NCBI GenBank assembly: GCA_020725385.1
Contig: DYFC01000032.1
Coordinates: 1 to 64,000 of the forward strand
Reading direction: 5' to 3'
Length of the DNA: 64,000 bases
Origin: Nitrospira japonica
GTDB lineage: Bacteria > Nitrospirota > Thermodesulfovibrionia > Thermodesulfovibrionales > SM23-35
Under the pieces are notes generated by a model. It saw only the letters and a list, made by a program, of their open reading frames with translations, was not told the origin of the DNA and ran no database searches. Positions 52,001 to 61,408 of the stretch are shown here, one piece after another. Position 1 is the stretch's first letter, and each line of letters begins with the position of its first letter. A program made the position numbers and the translations under genes.

Positions 52001-52148
52001 GAGGGTCATTCATCCCTGTTTTCTTCTGCCACCTTCTCCGATAATATATGAATTCGGATGAAAGCTTTCCTGTATCGTGCAATAAACCTGCTAACTCCAA
52101 AATGAAAATCAGTCTTTTGTTTTTTTCAATATTTTCTATCAATGACAT
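49032..52148 (-). CDS. cas10: Cas10 of type III-C (Csx11-like): HD domain present, cyclase GGDD absent
   Basis: LAGLLHDTGK, DTNRPANDITLWQH, CSVC/CNIC Zn finger, PSRL..VW.TT..F, MAIVPADKA; no GGDD in 1038 aa. Confidence 0.88.
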   Translation of the reverse strand: MSLIENIEKNKRLIFILELAGLLHDTGKLSSEFIYYRRRWQKKTGMNDPHEDNFFDKDNLLSNEYLRPLNECLNKKISSYAGSTNIYRSGFQINTVISLKNLMYQHTKPKDEIAQFLKLGDAVDTRDDRNNPLMVMEQTTEQTFGSTVFGYETLLNVEDFDNIRKILYNKLNYMLPKYLDSFHYKERIEIFKAVEEAFNFALTDTNRPANDITLWQHSYVTAALSKVFFNHFLIYGEKIQSLDRAKFSLIGFGWDGMAFISDGQKIGDIVAKKRTIKLLKEKIKQICEYQYPICANIYDDDNGIYFIAPAIRESASEYIKLLSEIKTVVDDAADEITGGEIQPVFTDISDMQETNFVMEIVHTIKRISEKSKYPYQRLNHKLSWMRQWDNVKEKTICSVCRKRPSISTQYSVCNICKERRIWEQKQRNDCHSIFSDEIADKNGKLALIVAKFSLEPWLSGDMLWSLFVKEAKSIKEAIQHLEKINDFKENDKNRKDIIEKNEGKDIVINYEKISEWIDRINKAIDGKSPITNKEKDFLKAISYLFDKHRKELQLPENWQKIKDWIKNIDKKLEIEKRFGNKPNLCNFLLTKNHTPSRLLNVWNTTRKFLENLFDLRTLENKKLIAPFRRLKLKLKNSGQLQLENAIYEAEINGIKIDIYRAGDNIFVVNEGYKETDFEVKRQEWEGKLIRIKASEFEKEKNEIQETTIREVLIDDKEIYPLRVITTTPDIMMAIVPADKAIPISDYIYSQYKEYFGKVIGRLSFNIGNIFFHKKVPMFVILDSGKRMLKNFENLNKDYWKEKSKNTWTIKDVKNEDCKTKITFDKQNISWDINYNLGMCKEDYFHPYMVKKSSEGDTHKEEASFVKSFMGDLVHISDLKSGYKVRVYPNYYDFEFLDCNTRRHDIHLNKDNRRKSNVGDFKSKPFLLDELSQKIMYIWDELLKGKQLEGITDTKLRDLQSLWLTKYKEWGVSLEDKTSDSYQIWISLITASIQKEFKVDDKQQSLLLETIDNGLFFDTLELYPGILKERIDEQNKGGV

Positions 52149-52161
52149 AACATTACCCCTA

Positions 52162-53331
52162 CTAATCGTCTTTGTTCACAAGGCTAACCGCATTTGCAAT
52201 TATCTTTTCAAGCCCGTCAAAATCATTATAATTCTTTTCTGTTAGAGGAATGCCTGACATATCAAATAATCCCTCTGAAAATGAATCAAAAATTATTCCA
52301 AACCCGCTGCTTTTCTTGGCAGAAAAGCCATAGGTAAGCATCATATCTTTCAAAGAGTTATAAACAATATCTAAATCTTCAATAACATCTTTTCTGAGCT
52401 TATCAGGCTTTCCTATCAGGTCAAACGGGACATAAAGAATGCTGAAAGTGCCTGTTGCATTTTCAGGCACACATTCGATATAAATGGGCAGAGTTCCTGC
52501 CTTTGTCTTTCTGTCATGCGGATTGATAACTTCAAGACCAATCTGATTGAAAAATGTGGGATGAAAATTAAGTCTGCCCCGCCGTCCTTCGACCTTTGGA
52601 TCTATATATCCTTTATCTTTAAGCAGCTTCTGAAAATTTTCTGATATATATTTTCTTTTCTCTTTAAAAAGCTCAACATTCTGCTTTTCATCTTCAGTAC
52701 AAAATGCTTCGGCTAATATGGTATCAAGATAATTTTCTATTGAGTCTTTTTCATAACCGAAGAGACGAACCATCTGTGCCCTGCAATAGAGAAAATCTTT
52801 AATCTCTTCTTGAGTTAGTGTTTCTGGCAAGCTGTCTGCAAAAAGTTTCATCGCTACCCATCGCATATTTCCTTTCCACGAACTTCCCGATACCATTGGA
52901 ACCTTGAATACTTTATCTTTCCTGACAGGATTGTCAATGATATAAAACTCCTCATCGTCTCTGGAAATATATGGCTTTGAAAGAGTAAAGGTGAATTGGA
53001 GGAAAAAGGAAAATCTGGGTAGTTTATAAATATTCTCTATAAAATAAGGTCTATAAAGGTTTAAGTTTTTCAGTTTTGTTATTTCATCATTTATTAAATT
53101 ATTATATTTCCCTCTGTGGATTATGAATTTATGACCTTTTGGATCTCTAATGTTATCCCCATTTTTTGCATAGTTTCTGATGTTGTTGTTTTTATTAAGG
53201 CAGGTTGCCAATAATTTTACCCGAGAATATATATTTATAATTTCCCCAAATTTATCATTTCCATTAACGCATTTATCTATATCAGATTTATCATGAATGA
53301 CATCATATTCTAAAAACCAATCAAAGCTCAT
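52162..53331 (-). CDS. cmr6: Type III-C RAMP, Cmr6-like
   Basis: FTLSKPYISRDD, PMVSGSSWKG, EVINPHDR, GFSAKKSSGFG. Confidence 0.8.
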   Translation of the reverse strand: MSFDWFLEYDVIHDKSDIDKCVNGNDKFGEIINIYSRVKLLATCLNKNNNIRNYAKNGDNIRDPKGHKFIIHRGKYNNLINDEITKLKNLNLYRPYFIENIYKLPRFSFFLQFTFTLSKPYISRDDEEFYIIDNPVRKDKVFKVPMVSGSSWKGNMRWVAMKLFADSLPETLTQEEIKDFLYCRAQMVRLFGYEKDSIENYLDTILAEAFCTEDEKQNVELFKEKRKYISENFQKLLKDKGYIDPKVEGRRGRLNFHPTFFNQIGLEVINPHDRKTKAGTLPIYIECVPENATGTFSILYVPFDLIGKPDKLRKDVIEDLDIVYNSLKDMMLTYGFSAKKSSGFGIIFDSFSEGLFDMSGIPLTEKNYNDFDGLEKIIANAVSLVNKDD

Positions 53332-54445
53332 TCAACACCTCCTCGCCTGTCTTTATAATGCATTCACTCTTCTTTTCATTCAATTGTGCTTCTATCATTT
53401 TTTTAACATCATCTCTTTCCTCTTGGCTTCTCCCATATCCAAAACATCGCTTTATACCTGGAATCTCTTTGTTGCAATCTTTAGGATCAATTCCATGGAA
53501 AGAAAATATTTTTTTACTCTCATTCTGAGTTTTTTCAATACCACGTCTTTGAATTTCATTAAGTAAACAGGGAGAAAAATATTTTTTATCTTCGTCTCCA
53601 TATCCACCCCAAAAAGCTTGCATTTCAGATGGATCATCTATATAACATCCGTCAAATTTTCCCTTGCTATAAGGCGTTGGGGTATTATTACGGCAGATGA
53701 TTTTGTTATGCGTTTCTCTATCAATACAACAATCTTTTATAAACCAGAAATACTTTAAGTCAGGCCAATCTTTATTATTTTTTTTCTCAAGATTAACTTT
53801 ATTCTGGTTGATGTAAGCCAAGACTGTTTTGCAATCTGTATCGGAAGACGGCTTATCAGAAAGAAATGCGATAAGTCCATAATCAAAATGATGTTTTTTA
53901 ATTCTTCTGTTTTTATCTGTATATTGTTCTGTATTTTTAACAATTTCTTCAGAAGGCTTTTGTGTTGTCTTTCCCCCTATGGCTCCATAGTTAACAATTA
54001 ATTTTAAGATCATTTTTAATAAATTTTTTTCAGCTTCCTCAAATGCCTTTTTTTCTATAAAATGTAAATCAAACAGAATATCTCTTGAATTAAGGGAAAC
54101 TAAATTTGTCATTTTATCTGGTTCGGTTATTCTCAGAATAAATTTTCCGCTCCATCCGGTGCAACCAAACAAATAGCAGGCAGGACAGATTTTTTGTTTA
54201 ACTTTTTTGTTTAGTAGTTCCCTTTCTTTTTTTTCTTTGTCTGTAAGTTTTAGTTCACAACGTTTGAATTCAAGCGAATCATCTGTAGGATCACAGGCAT
54301 ACCCTCCTAATCCCCTTATCAATGCTTCATACCACCATCTTATTGACCCCCTAATTCCTGTTATGTGAAGTTTGTCAGGTTTCCCGTCCACACCTCCTGT
54401 CCAGATCGGGGTCAATGTTTTTAATTTAAATACCAAACCATTCAT
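53321..54445 (-). CDS. cmr1: RAMP Cmr1
   Basis: LKTLTPIWTGG, GIRGSIRWWYE, CPACYLFG, GAIGGKT. Confidence 0.9.
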   Translation of the reverse strand: MNGLVFKLKTLTPIWTGGVDGKPDKLHITGIRGSIRWWYEALIRGLGGYACDPTDDSLEFKRCELKLTDKEKKERELLNKKVKQKICPACYLFGCTGWSGKFILRITEPDKMTNLVSLNSRDILFDLHFIEKKAFEEAEKNLLKMILKLIVNYGAIGGKTTQKPSEEIVKNTEQYTDKNRRIKKHHFDYGLIAFLSDKPSSDTDCKTVLAYINQNKVNLEKKNNKDWPDLKYFWFIKDCCIDRETHNKIICRNNTPTPYSKGKFDGCYIDDPSEMQAFWGGYGDEDKKYFSPCLLNEIQRRGIEKTQNESKKIFSFHGIDPKDCNKEIPGIKRCFGYGRSQEERDDVKKMIEAQLNEKKSECIIKTGEEVLNEL

Positions 54446-54522
54446 TTGTCCTCCTTCCCAATATCGTGCAGTAATGCAGCCAGAACAACTGTGTTATATT
54501 CCCTCTGATCAAACCCATTCAT
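54442..54522 (-). pseudogene. 26-codon remnant of a Cas10/Csm1-type HD N-terminus
   Basis: MNGFDQREYNTVVLAALLHDIGKEDK*; own RBS; TGA overlaps the cmr1 ATG. Confidence 0.7.
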
Positions 54523-54543
54523 AAGCTTCTCCCTATAAAAACA

Positions 54544-55325
54544 ATTCAAAATTCAAGATTCAATATTCAAGAATCGGAAGAAAGACCACAGAATTATATT
54601 CTCTTTCGTCTATCTCTATCCTGCCTCCGATAAGAATAAATTCAATATGCAAAATTCAAAACCTCAAATTTATGATTCAAAACCGGCAGATTTAAAATTC
54701 AAAAAACTAATCCCGCTCATTCCTGAATCTTGAATTTTGAATCTTGAATTGTTTTGTTATTTCTTCAACTTCGTCTCTCATACTCTTGTATTCTTTTTTA
54801 TATTTCTCGCCCTTTAGTTTCGACCCCTTTAAATAATCGATAAATCCGCTTAACTGACTGGATACGTCCCTTGCCAATGCGATGCCATTCTGAAATTCCC
54901 GTTCTGTGATGTAATCCTGATCCTTTGCGATATAGAGCTGGGTTCTTGTCTCGCCTGCCGACCCTTTTGCGATGAAGAGGAACTGGATGAACTCTGTGTT
55001 CGAGCCGCGTTCAAAGCCTTCGGCGATATTGGACATGACAGAGGCCGATGCACGCCTGATCTGATCTACAAGGCTGAAGTCTTTGCTGAACGCATGTTTT
55101 TTCGTGAGGTTATAAACATACCGGACCAATTCACGCGCCTTTTGCCAGACAGGAAGTTCCTCGAAACTTTTCGGCATATCCACTCCTTAATAAAACTCAA
55201 GATTCAAGATTTAATATTCAAAACTTAAAGCTCGAAACTCAAGGCCAAACCTTAAACATGAAATTCAACATTTAAAAATCAAATTAGGAACCGGTATCTT
55301 GAATTTTGAGTTTTGAATTTTGAAT
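54544..55325. repeat. Inverted arrays of TTCAA(A/G)A heptamers on both sides of the second four-helix-bundle gene
   Basis: Forward tracts 54544-54706 and 55192-55283; reverse tracts 54724-54750 and 55296-55325. Confidence 0.8.
54707..55183 (-). CDS. Second four-helix-bundle (IVS/Avd-like) protein
   Basis: FEELPVWQKA, DQIRRASASVMSNIAEGFERGS..EFIQFLFIAKGSAGE. Confidence 0.93.
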   Translation of the reverse strand: MDMPKSFEELPVWQKARELVRYVYNLTKKHAFSKDFSLVDQIRRASASVMSNIAEGFERGSNTEFIQFLFIAKGSAGETRTQLYIAKDQDYITEREFQNGIALARDVSSQLSGFIDYLKGSKLKGEKYKKEYKSMRDEVEEITKQFKIQNSRFRNERD

Positions 55326-56288
55326 GCTATACTTTCCCAATCCAAACCCCGTTCCTTTCCCTATATGCAAAACTTCACCCGCTTTTATTATGGGTATAAA
55401 CGGTTCAATCTTCCCTTCAAAAGTAATTTCTCCGACAAAACCACCCATATTTATCTTTGTATTCTGTCTGGCTGAATATCTCTTCCATCTGTACCATCTT
55501 AGTTTATTTTCTTTTACTTTTATGTTTTTTGACTTTTCGATTAGACCGTTGAAATTCCATCCAGATGGATCACCATTACAATGAAAGTAGTAAAGAAGAG
55601 ACAATCTTCGTAAAAGATTTCTTATTAAAATATGAAATTCAAGATCAAGGGTGAGCCGACCATCGTAAAGAATTCTTGCGGGAGTCAAAAATGAAAGTGA
55701 GATTGTCATGTTGCGCCACTCTGAATCAGAGTCATTCACAACAGTATTATCTAAAATCAGAGAAGAAGTTTTGAAAGACTTCAGGGTTTTAGTCTCAGAA
55801 TCGTAAATCTTTTCACCATTGCAGGAAACATTTTTCAATTCATATTTTGTTTTGTCTTTAGTTATTCCGGTTCTGCCGAGTTCATCAAAGGTATAAATAA
55901 AATATGGCAGGTATTCTATTGCTTTCCCGATTAATATTAAACCGAATTTTATTTCATCGCCCGGCTTATATCCCCTTCTTTTTTCAGGAGGCGGTTCTAT
56001 TACAAAAGGGTGGGGTGTAGCTTCATATTTCCTCATAATTTCTGTACCGGGTGGCGGCGGGGTTTCAAATATGTATGAATAAGCACATTTTTCTTTGAGA
56101 AAACATACAGCGCATTCATTATTTTTTGCAATACAGACCAAACGTTTGAAAACAGACCCGAAACCTCCCCTGAATGTCGAGCCTTTGTAGGCAGGTAGAA
56201 TTAGCGGATTGTTTGGAACAATAGTGAATAAGAAATTCCCGAACTTAAGTAAAATAGGTTTTGTATTAGTCTCTGCCAAACTTTCCAC
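55284..56288 (-). CDS. cas6: Pre-crRNA processing endoribonuclease Cas6
   Basis: GSTFRGGFG, Cys cluster, PHPFVIEPP, HIGKGTGFGLG glycine loop. Confidence 0.93.
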   Translation of the reverse strand: MESLAETNTKPILLKFGNFLFTIVPNNPLILPAYKGSTFRGGFGSVFKRLVCIAKNNECAVCFLKEKCAYSYIFETPPPPGTEIMRKYEATPHPFVIEPPPEKRRGYKPGDEIKFGLILIGKAIEYLPYFIYTFDELGRTGITKDKTKYELKNVSCNGEKIYDSETKTLKSFKTSSLILDNTVVNDSDSEWRNMTISLSFLTPARILYDGRLTLDLEFHILIRNLLRRLSLLYYFHCNGDPSGWNFNGLIEKSKNIKVKENKLRWYRWKRYSARQNTKINMGGFVGEITFEGKIEPFIPIIKAGEVLHIGKGTGFGLGKYSIQNSKLKIQDTGS

Positions 56289-56374
56289 CTATTTATAATT
56301 CCCCCGCTAAAAACAATAGCGGTTAAATAATATCATAAATAGGCTTATGAAATCATCAAATATCTTGTTTAATC

Positions 56375-57634
56375 TTACAATGCATCTTTTGCGGTAGCTT
56401 TTATTACCTCCTTGATGTTTTTATCAAGAAATTCCGGGATATATGGAATATCCAGATTTAAAAAGCCTGAAGTAATGACCGAAACTGCGTCATCTTTTGA
56501 TATTCCTCTTGACATTAGATATTCAACCTGTTCTTCTGCAATTGGACCTATGGATGCTTCATGCGAAAGCTCTGATTTCATGGAACCTTCAGAAACAAGT
56601 TCCGGTATAGCGAATATTTTTGATTTTTTAGAGAATAGTATGCCTCTACAATCAAGATGGGCAAGACAATATCCTTTTGTTGTTGCTATGAGGTCTCCTC
56701 TTGAATAAATAACACTCTCATCAGCCCCGATTGTTCTGGCAACAGATTCACCTCTTGTATTCTCACCTTCAAGAATTATCCTCGAACCGAGATCAATATA
56801 TGAATCCTTCAATCCGTAAATTACTGTGTTGAATTTTGCAGAGGAACGGTCTCCTTTTAAATGAGCAACAGGAAAAGATTGAATTGATTTTACAGGTTTA
56901 AGAAGAACATAGTTATTAATATACGAGCCATCTTCTTCAACTATGATTTTTGTTCTTGGCCTCACATGAAAATTATCTGCCCAGTTATGTATCATTGTGA
57001 AAAATAGTTTTCCACCCTTTTTGATATAAAATTCTGAGATTCCAAGATGTATTCCTTCAGCATCATTTTTTGATAAGGAACATCCTGTAATTACCTGCAA
57101 TTCAGCACCTTCTTCAACAATTATTATATTGTGGACATTCTGGCTTACGTAGTTTTCAGCTACGAGCAAACAGGATTGTACCGGATATTGGGGTTTCTGA
57201 TTCGGAAAAACACGTATAAAATATCCATGAGTCATGTTTAAAGCGACCTGTGCTGTATATTTATCCATATCAACAGGAACAGCTTTCCAGAAGTACTCTT
57301 CCATCCAGTCGTATTTTTCAAGAGCATCCGGCGTACTCATTATCTCAAGCTGTCCTTCGTAAGATTTATTCAGGCTCTCATAAACTACAGACTGGTCTAT
57401 CTGCATATAGGAGCCAGCACGCTCTTTTTCCTCAAGACTGATGCCGGTTAAAATTGCAGCTTCTTTAACCTGTCTTGAAAGGCTTTCAAGACTCTCGATT
57501 TTGCCTCTTTCGATATGTTGTGTATATTTTTCAATGTCAATGTCAGGTCCGTAAAGCGCTTTTTTATCCTTTGCTTTTAATGCTTTTTCCTCTATCTCTT
57601 TTAAATATTCCCTTCTTACCGGCATTCTGCGCAC
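56375..57634 (-). CDS. SufB/SufD-family Fe-S scaffold (SmsB-like)
   Basis: GIHLGISEF, AHLDCRG, IPEL, ELSHEASIG..YLMSRG. Confidence 0.9.
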   Translation of the reverse strand: MRRMPVRREYLKEIEEKALKAKDKKALYGPDIDIEKYTQHIERGKIESLESLSRQVKEAAILTGISLEEKERAGSYMQIDQSVVYESLNKSYEGQLEIMSTPDALEKYDWMEEYFWKAVPVDMDKYTAQVALNMTHGYFIRVFPNQKPQYPVQSCLLVAENYVSQNVHNIIIVEEGAELQVITGCSLSKNDAEGIHLGISEFYIKKGGKLFFTMIHNWADNFHVRPRTKIIVEEDGSYINNYVLLKPVKSIQSFPVAHLKGDRSSAKFNTVIYGLKDSYIDLGSRIILEGENTRGESVARTIGADESVIYSRGDLIATTKGYCLAHLDCRGILFSKKSKIFAIPELVSEGSMKSELSHEASIGPIAEEQVEYLMSRGISKDDAVSVITSGFLNLDIPYIPEFLDKNIKEVIKATAKDAL

Positions 57635-58353
57635 CTCCTGTACCCGTGCTTTTTAATTTCTGAAAGAATATCCCTCGGATTTCCCCTGCAAAGAAGTTTG
57701 CCATCAAAAACAATATATCCCTTATCAGCATTTACAAAATCAAGAATGTATCCTGTATGGGTGATGATTATTGCACTACGTTTTTTATCTTTTACTTTGT
57801 CTTTTCCGAGCAAAGAATTTATTGCCTCACCAACTAAAGCAATATTTTCAATATCAACACCTGACTCGGGTTCATCTATTAATACAAGATCCGGCCTCTG
57901 CACCATTAATTGAAGCAATTCAGAGCGCTTCATCTCTCCACCTGAAAAGCCGTCATTCAAACCTCTGTGCATATGCCCGGAGAGATTTAACTTATCTATT
58001 ATAGAATCAAGATATTCTCTGCTCCGTCCATTTGTATTAATGATTCCAATCAATTTTTCAAGGCTTACACCTTTAACTGTAGGCGGTCTTTGAAAAGATA
58101 TTCCAAGCCCGAGTTTTGCCCTTTCATACAGGTCAAGATGAGTTATATCTTCGCCCTTGAAATATATCTTTCCCTGCTCGACTTTGTATTTCGGGAATCC
58201 CATTAATGTCATCATTAAAGTTGTTTTTCCAGCGCCATTTGGACCAAAAAGCACATTTATCTCTCCATAATTCATTGAAAAATAAACGCCTTTTAATACC
58301 TGTCTATCTTCGATAGAAACCCACAGGTCTTCGGTTTTTAACATTTCTTCCAT
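57616..58353 (-). CDS. SufC-like ABC ATPase (start probably 58353)
   Basis: GPNGAGKT, GFSGGEMKRSE, DEPESGVD; C-terminal CAEC. Confidence 0.9.
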   Translation of the reverse strand: MEEMLKTEDLWVSIEDRQVLKGVYFSMNYGEINVLFGPNGAGKTTLMMTLMGFPKYKVEQGKIYFKGEDITHLDLYERAKLGLGISFQRPPTVKGVSLEKLIGIINTNGRSREYLDSIIDKLNLSGHMHRGLNDGFSGGEMKRSELLQLMVQRPDLVLIDEPESGVDIENIALVGEAINSLLGKDKVKDKKRSAIIITHTGYILDFVNADKGYIVFDGKLLCRGNPRDILSEIKKHGYRRCAECR

Positions 58354-58624
58354 TTTAATACCTCCTAAAAACTTAACAGGAAAGGACATTTTATAATCTT
58401 ACCTTTTTTATTTTCTTAGTATATAATTAAACTTATCTTTTTATAAAGAAAATATTTTATAAATTAATTTGTCTTTCTTGCGGGCTATTGACAAATTCTT
58501 TAATATTTTTGTATGTTATGAAAAGAACATCTACTTTAAATAAATGTATAAACCTTCCTGGATAGGCAAAGTCCTACCGGGTTACAAAACCACCAAAACA
58601 TAATCCAATAGGAGTTAATTAATT

Positions 58625-59911
58625 ATGGATAATCCAAAGAAAAATGTTATGACAGAAAACATGCCTATTTCTGCACTCAAAGAAAAAACAATTGATGAAT
58701 TGACAGAAGTCGCCCGTGAACTGAATGTCGAGGGTGCAAGCAGTATGCGCAAACAGGACCTTATATTCGCAATACTTCAAGCTCAAACAGAAAAAACAGG
58801 ATATGTTTTCTCAGAAGGAGTGCTTGAAATATTACCCGATGGTTTTGGCTTTTTAAGATCCCCTGATTACAGTTATTTGCCGGGACCTGACGATATATAT
58901 GTTTCTCCATCACAGATCAGGCGTTTTAATCTCAGAACAGGAGATCTTGTTTCTGGCCAGATAAGACCACCGAAAGAAAGCGAGCGTTATTTTGCTCTAC
59001 TTAAAGTTGAAGCAATAAACCATGAATCTCCCGATGAAAACATAAAAAGACCTTTGTTTGACAATCTAATTCCTTATTATCCGACAGAAAAAATAAAACT
59101 CGATTACGATCCAAATGATTACTGCACAAGAGTTATGGATTTAATTACTCCAATCGGTATGGGACAGAGAGGGATGATTGTTGCAGCACCAAGAACCGGT
59201 AAAACAATGCTTTTACAATCTATAGCAAAAGCAATCAAGAAAAATCACCGTGATATACATTTAATAATACTTCTAATCGATGAAAGACCTGAAGAAGTTA
59301 CGGACTGGAAAAGACAAGTACCCACTGCTGAAATTATAAGCTCAACATTCGATGAGCCACCGCAGCGTCATTGTCAGGTATCCGAGATGGTTGTTGAAAG
59401 AGCAAAAAGGCTTGTTGAATGCAAGAAAAATGTAGTAATTCTTCTTGATAGTATAACAAGATTGGCACGTGCATATAACTCTGTAATCCCAGCAAGCGGT
59501 AAAGTACTGTCAGGAGGTCTTGATTCTAATGCATTGCAGAGGCCCAAGAGGTTTTTCGGTACAGCAAGAAATATCGAAGATGGGGGTAGTCTTACAATTC
59601 TTGCTACAGCATTGGTTGATACAGGTAGCAGGATGGATGACGTTATATTTGAAGAATTTAAAGGCACTGGCAACATGGAATTGCATCTCGACAGAAAACT
59701 CGTTGACAAAAGAATATTCCCGAGCATTGATATTAATGCTTCCGGCACCCGTAAAGAAGAACTGCTTGTTGATAAAGATGTTCTTAACAAGATGTGGATT
59801 CTTAGAAAAGTTTTAACACCTCTGAGCACTGTTGAAAGCATGGAATTTTTACTCGGCAAGCTTATGGGCACGAAAAATAATAAAGAATTCCTTGATAAAA
59901 TGAATAAATAA
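58625..59911 (+). CDS. rho: Transcription termination factor Rho
   Basis: [44 protein letters not shown]. Confidence 0.98.
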   Translation: MDNPKKNVMTENMPISALKEKTIDELTEVARELNVEGASSMRKQDLIFAILQAQTEKTGYVFSEGVLEILPDGFGFLRSPDYSYLPGPDDIYVSPSQIRRFNLRTGDLVSGQIRPPKESERYFALLKVEAINHESPDENIKRPLFDNLIPYYPTEKIKLDYDPNDYCTRVMDLITPIGMGQRGMIVAAPRTGKTMLLQSIAKAIKKNHRDIHLIILLIDERPEEVTDWKRQVPTAEIISSTFDEPPQRHCQVSEMVVERAKRLVECKKNVVILLDSITRLARAYNSVIPASGKVLSGGLDSNALQRPKRFFGTARNIEDGGSLTILATALVDTGSRMDDVIFEEFKGTGNMELHLDRKLVDKRIFPSIDINASGTRKEELLVDKDVLNKMWILRKVLTPLSTVESMEFLLGKLMGTKNNKEFLDKMNK

Positions 59912-59916
59912 CTTTA

Positions 59917-60320
59917 ATCGTGTCCGTAAAAGACAAGCTGCTAAGTTCCCAAGACACAAGTCTCCAAGCGAAGAGCAAGGAGCAGAGAGAAACTACACAC
60001 ACCCCTGCTCCCCTCTTTATAGAGGGGAAGTCAGGAGCCGTACCCGTTAACCGTGTCCGTAAAAACAAGATGCTCAGTTGTGAAGATACTAAGACACAAG
60101 CTAACAAGCGGCAAAGCCGACTGTTCTATGTTCAATGTTCTATGTAAAAAGCGGAGAGCAAAGAGCAATGAGCAAAGAGCTATAAAGACCATAAAGCGTA
60201 AGGCGTAAACTGTAACAACCGTAAGGTTTAAATCAATAAACGCGTGAAATGTTAAACAGGCTGCAAAGTAACAAAGAAACCAAGAAACAAAACCATTAAG
60301 CGTAAAATGTAAAAAAATAC
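59917..60320. repeat. Intergenic mosaic of a ~29-nt direct repeat, a hairpin and heptamer tracts
   Basis: CGTGTCCGTAAAA(G)ACAAG.TGCT.AGTT at 59919 and 60052; TTCTATG, AGAGCAA and AAAGCGT runs. Confidence 0.65.
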
Positions 60321-60324
60321 TAAA

Positions 60325-60729
60325 ATGATCTCAAAGAATATCATCCTTGAAGATGACCATTATTGTTTCGTTTGCGGGAAAAATAATACTTTTGGACTAC
60401 AACTTGAATTTTCACTCCATAACGGTAAAGTTATAAGTGAGTTTGTTTTAAAAAAAGCACAACAGGGCTATAAGGATATAGTTCATGGCGGCATAATATC
60501 TACAATCCTTGATGAAGCAATGGTTAAAACAGCTTTATTGCAAAATATGCCTGCTGTCACTGCAGAAATCACTATTAGATTTCGCAATCCTTTAATGGTT
60601 GATGAACCTGCATTTGTTGAGGCATTTATAGAAAAAAACAGGAAGAAAATTATCGAAACACGTTCGGAAATAAGAAAAAAAGACAACACAATTATTGCAG
60701 AAGGTCATGCAAAATTAATCAGAATTTGA
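60325..60729 (+). CDS. PaaI-family thioesterase
   Basis: CFVCGKNN.FGL, QGY..IVHGGIISTILDEAM. Confidence 0.9.
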   Translation: MISKNIILEDDHYCFVCGKNNTFGLQLEFSLHNGKVISEFVLKKAQQGYKDIVHGGIISTILDEAMVKTALLQNMPAVTAEITIRFRNPLMVDEPAFVEAFIEKNRKKIIETRSEIRKKDNTIIAEGHAKLIRI

Positions 60730-61368
60730 AAGAAACAGAACAATTATATTTCTTGTAATATCGGTTAACGGTAAGGAAACAGATATAATTTTACTCCTCA
60801 CATCTTTAAGTTCTTTAAGTTCTTCCCCGGTTTTTGGTCCTTTGCTCAAAACCAGAAAGCCATTTTTTTTGATTATATGAGAAGTCTTCTTTAAAAAATC
60901 CCGGGAACCGAATAGTGCCCTTGTAACAGCAACATCAACAGGTTGTTCTATGTCTTGATTGACCCTGACTTTTTCAATTCGATTCTGTATTATACTTATG
61001 TCCTTAAGGCCGAGTTTCCATATAATGTGTTTGAGAAAAGTTATTTTTTTAAGCGTAGGCTCTATTAAAAACATCTTTATTTCAGGTCTTACAATCTTTA
61101 TAGGTATTCCAGGGAATCCGGCTCCGCTACCAATATCAGCAACCTTAATTTCCTCCCCGGGGAGTGCTTTAAGATAAAGCAATGAATCAAAAAAATGCTT
61201 GATAATTATCTCTCTGTCATCTACTATTCTGGTAAGATTATATGCTTTATTCCATTTTTTGAGTTCGCCAAGGTAAATAATAAAACTTTGTATCTGGTTT
61301 TCGGACAAAGAAAGATTTAATTCTGAAAAGCCATTTTTTAAAAGTTCAACAATATGTTCTTTATTCAT
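60715..61368 (-). CDS. rsmG: 16S rRNA m7G527 methyltransferase
   Basis: WNKAYNLT, HFFDSL, DIGSGAGFPGIP, VTRA. Confidence 0.96.
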   Translation of the reverse strand: MNKEHIVELLKNGFSELNLSLSENQIQSFIIYLGELKKWNKAYNLTRIVDDREIIIKHFFDSLLYLKALPGEEIKVADIGSGAGFPGIPIKIVRPEIKMFLIEPTLKKITFLKHIIWKLGLKDISIIQNRIEKVRVNQDIEQPVDVAVTRALFGSRDFLKKTSHIIKKNGFLVLSKGPKTGEELKELKDVRSKIISVSLPLTDITRNIIVLFLSNSD

Positions 61369-61408
61369 TCATTTATATAAACAAAATACATTTCACCAGC
61401 GTCTTAAA

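Noticed and set aside
49032-52148. Active cOA cyclase motif in Cas10 (YRAGDN)
   Set aside because: It is not GGDD and lies outside the expected Palm2 position, which reads TTPDIMMAIVP.
58555-58585. Hairpin upstream of rho as a riboswitch
   Set aside because: A single short stem with no recognisable aptamer consensus.
59862-60147. ORFs in the region after rho
   Set aside because: Translations of repeat tracts, with no RBS or recognisable family.
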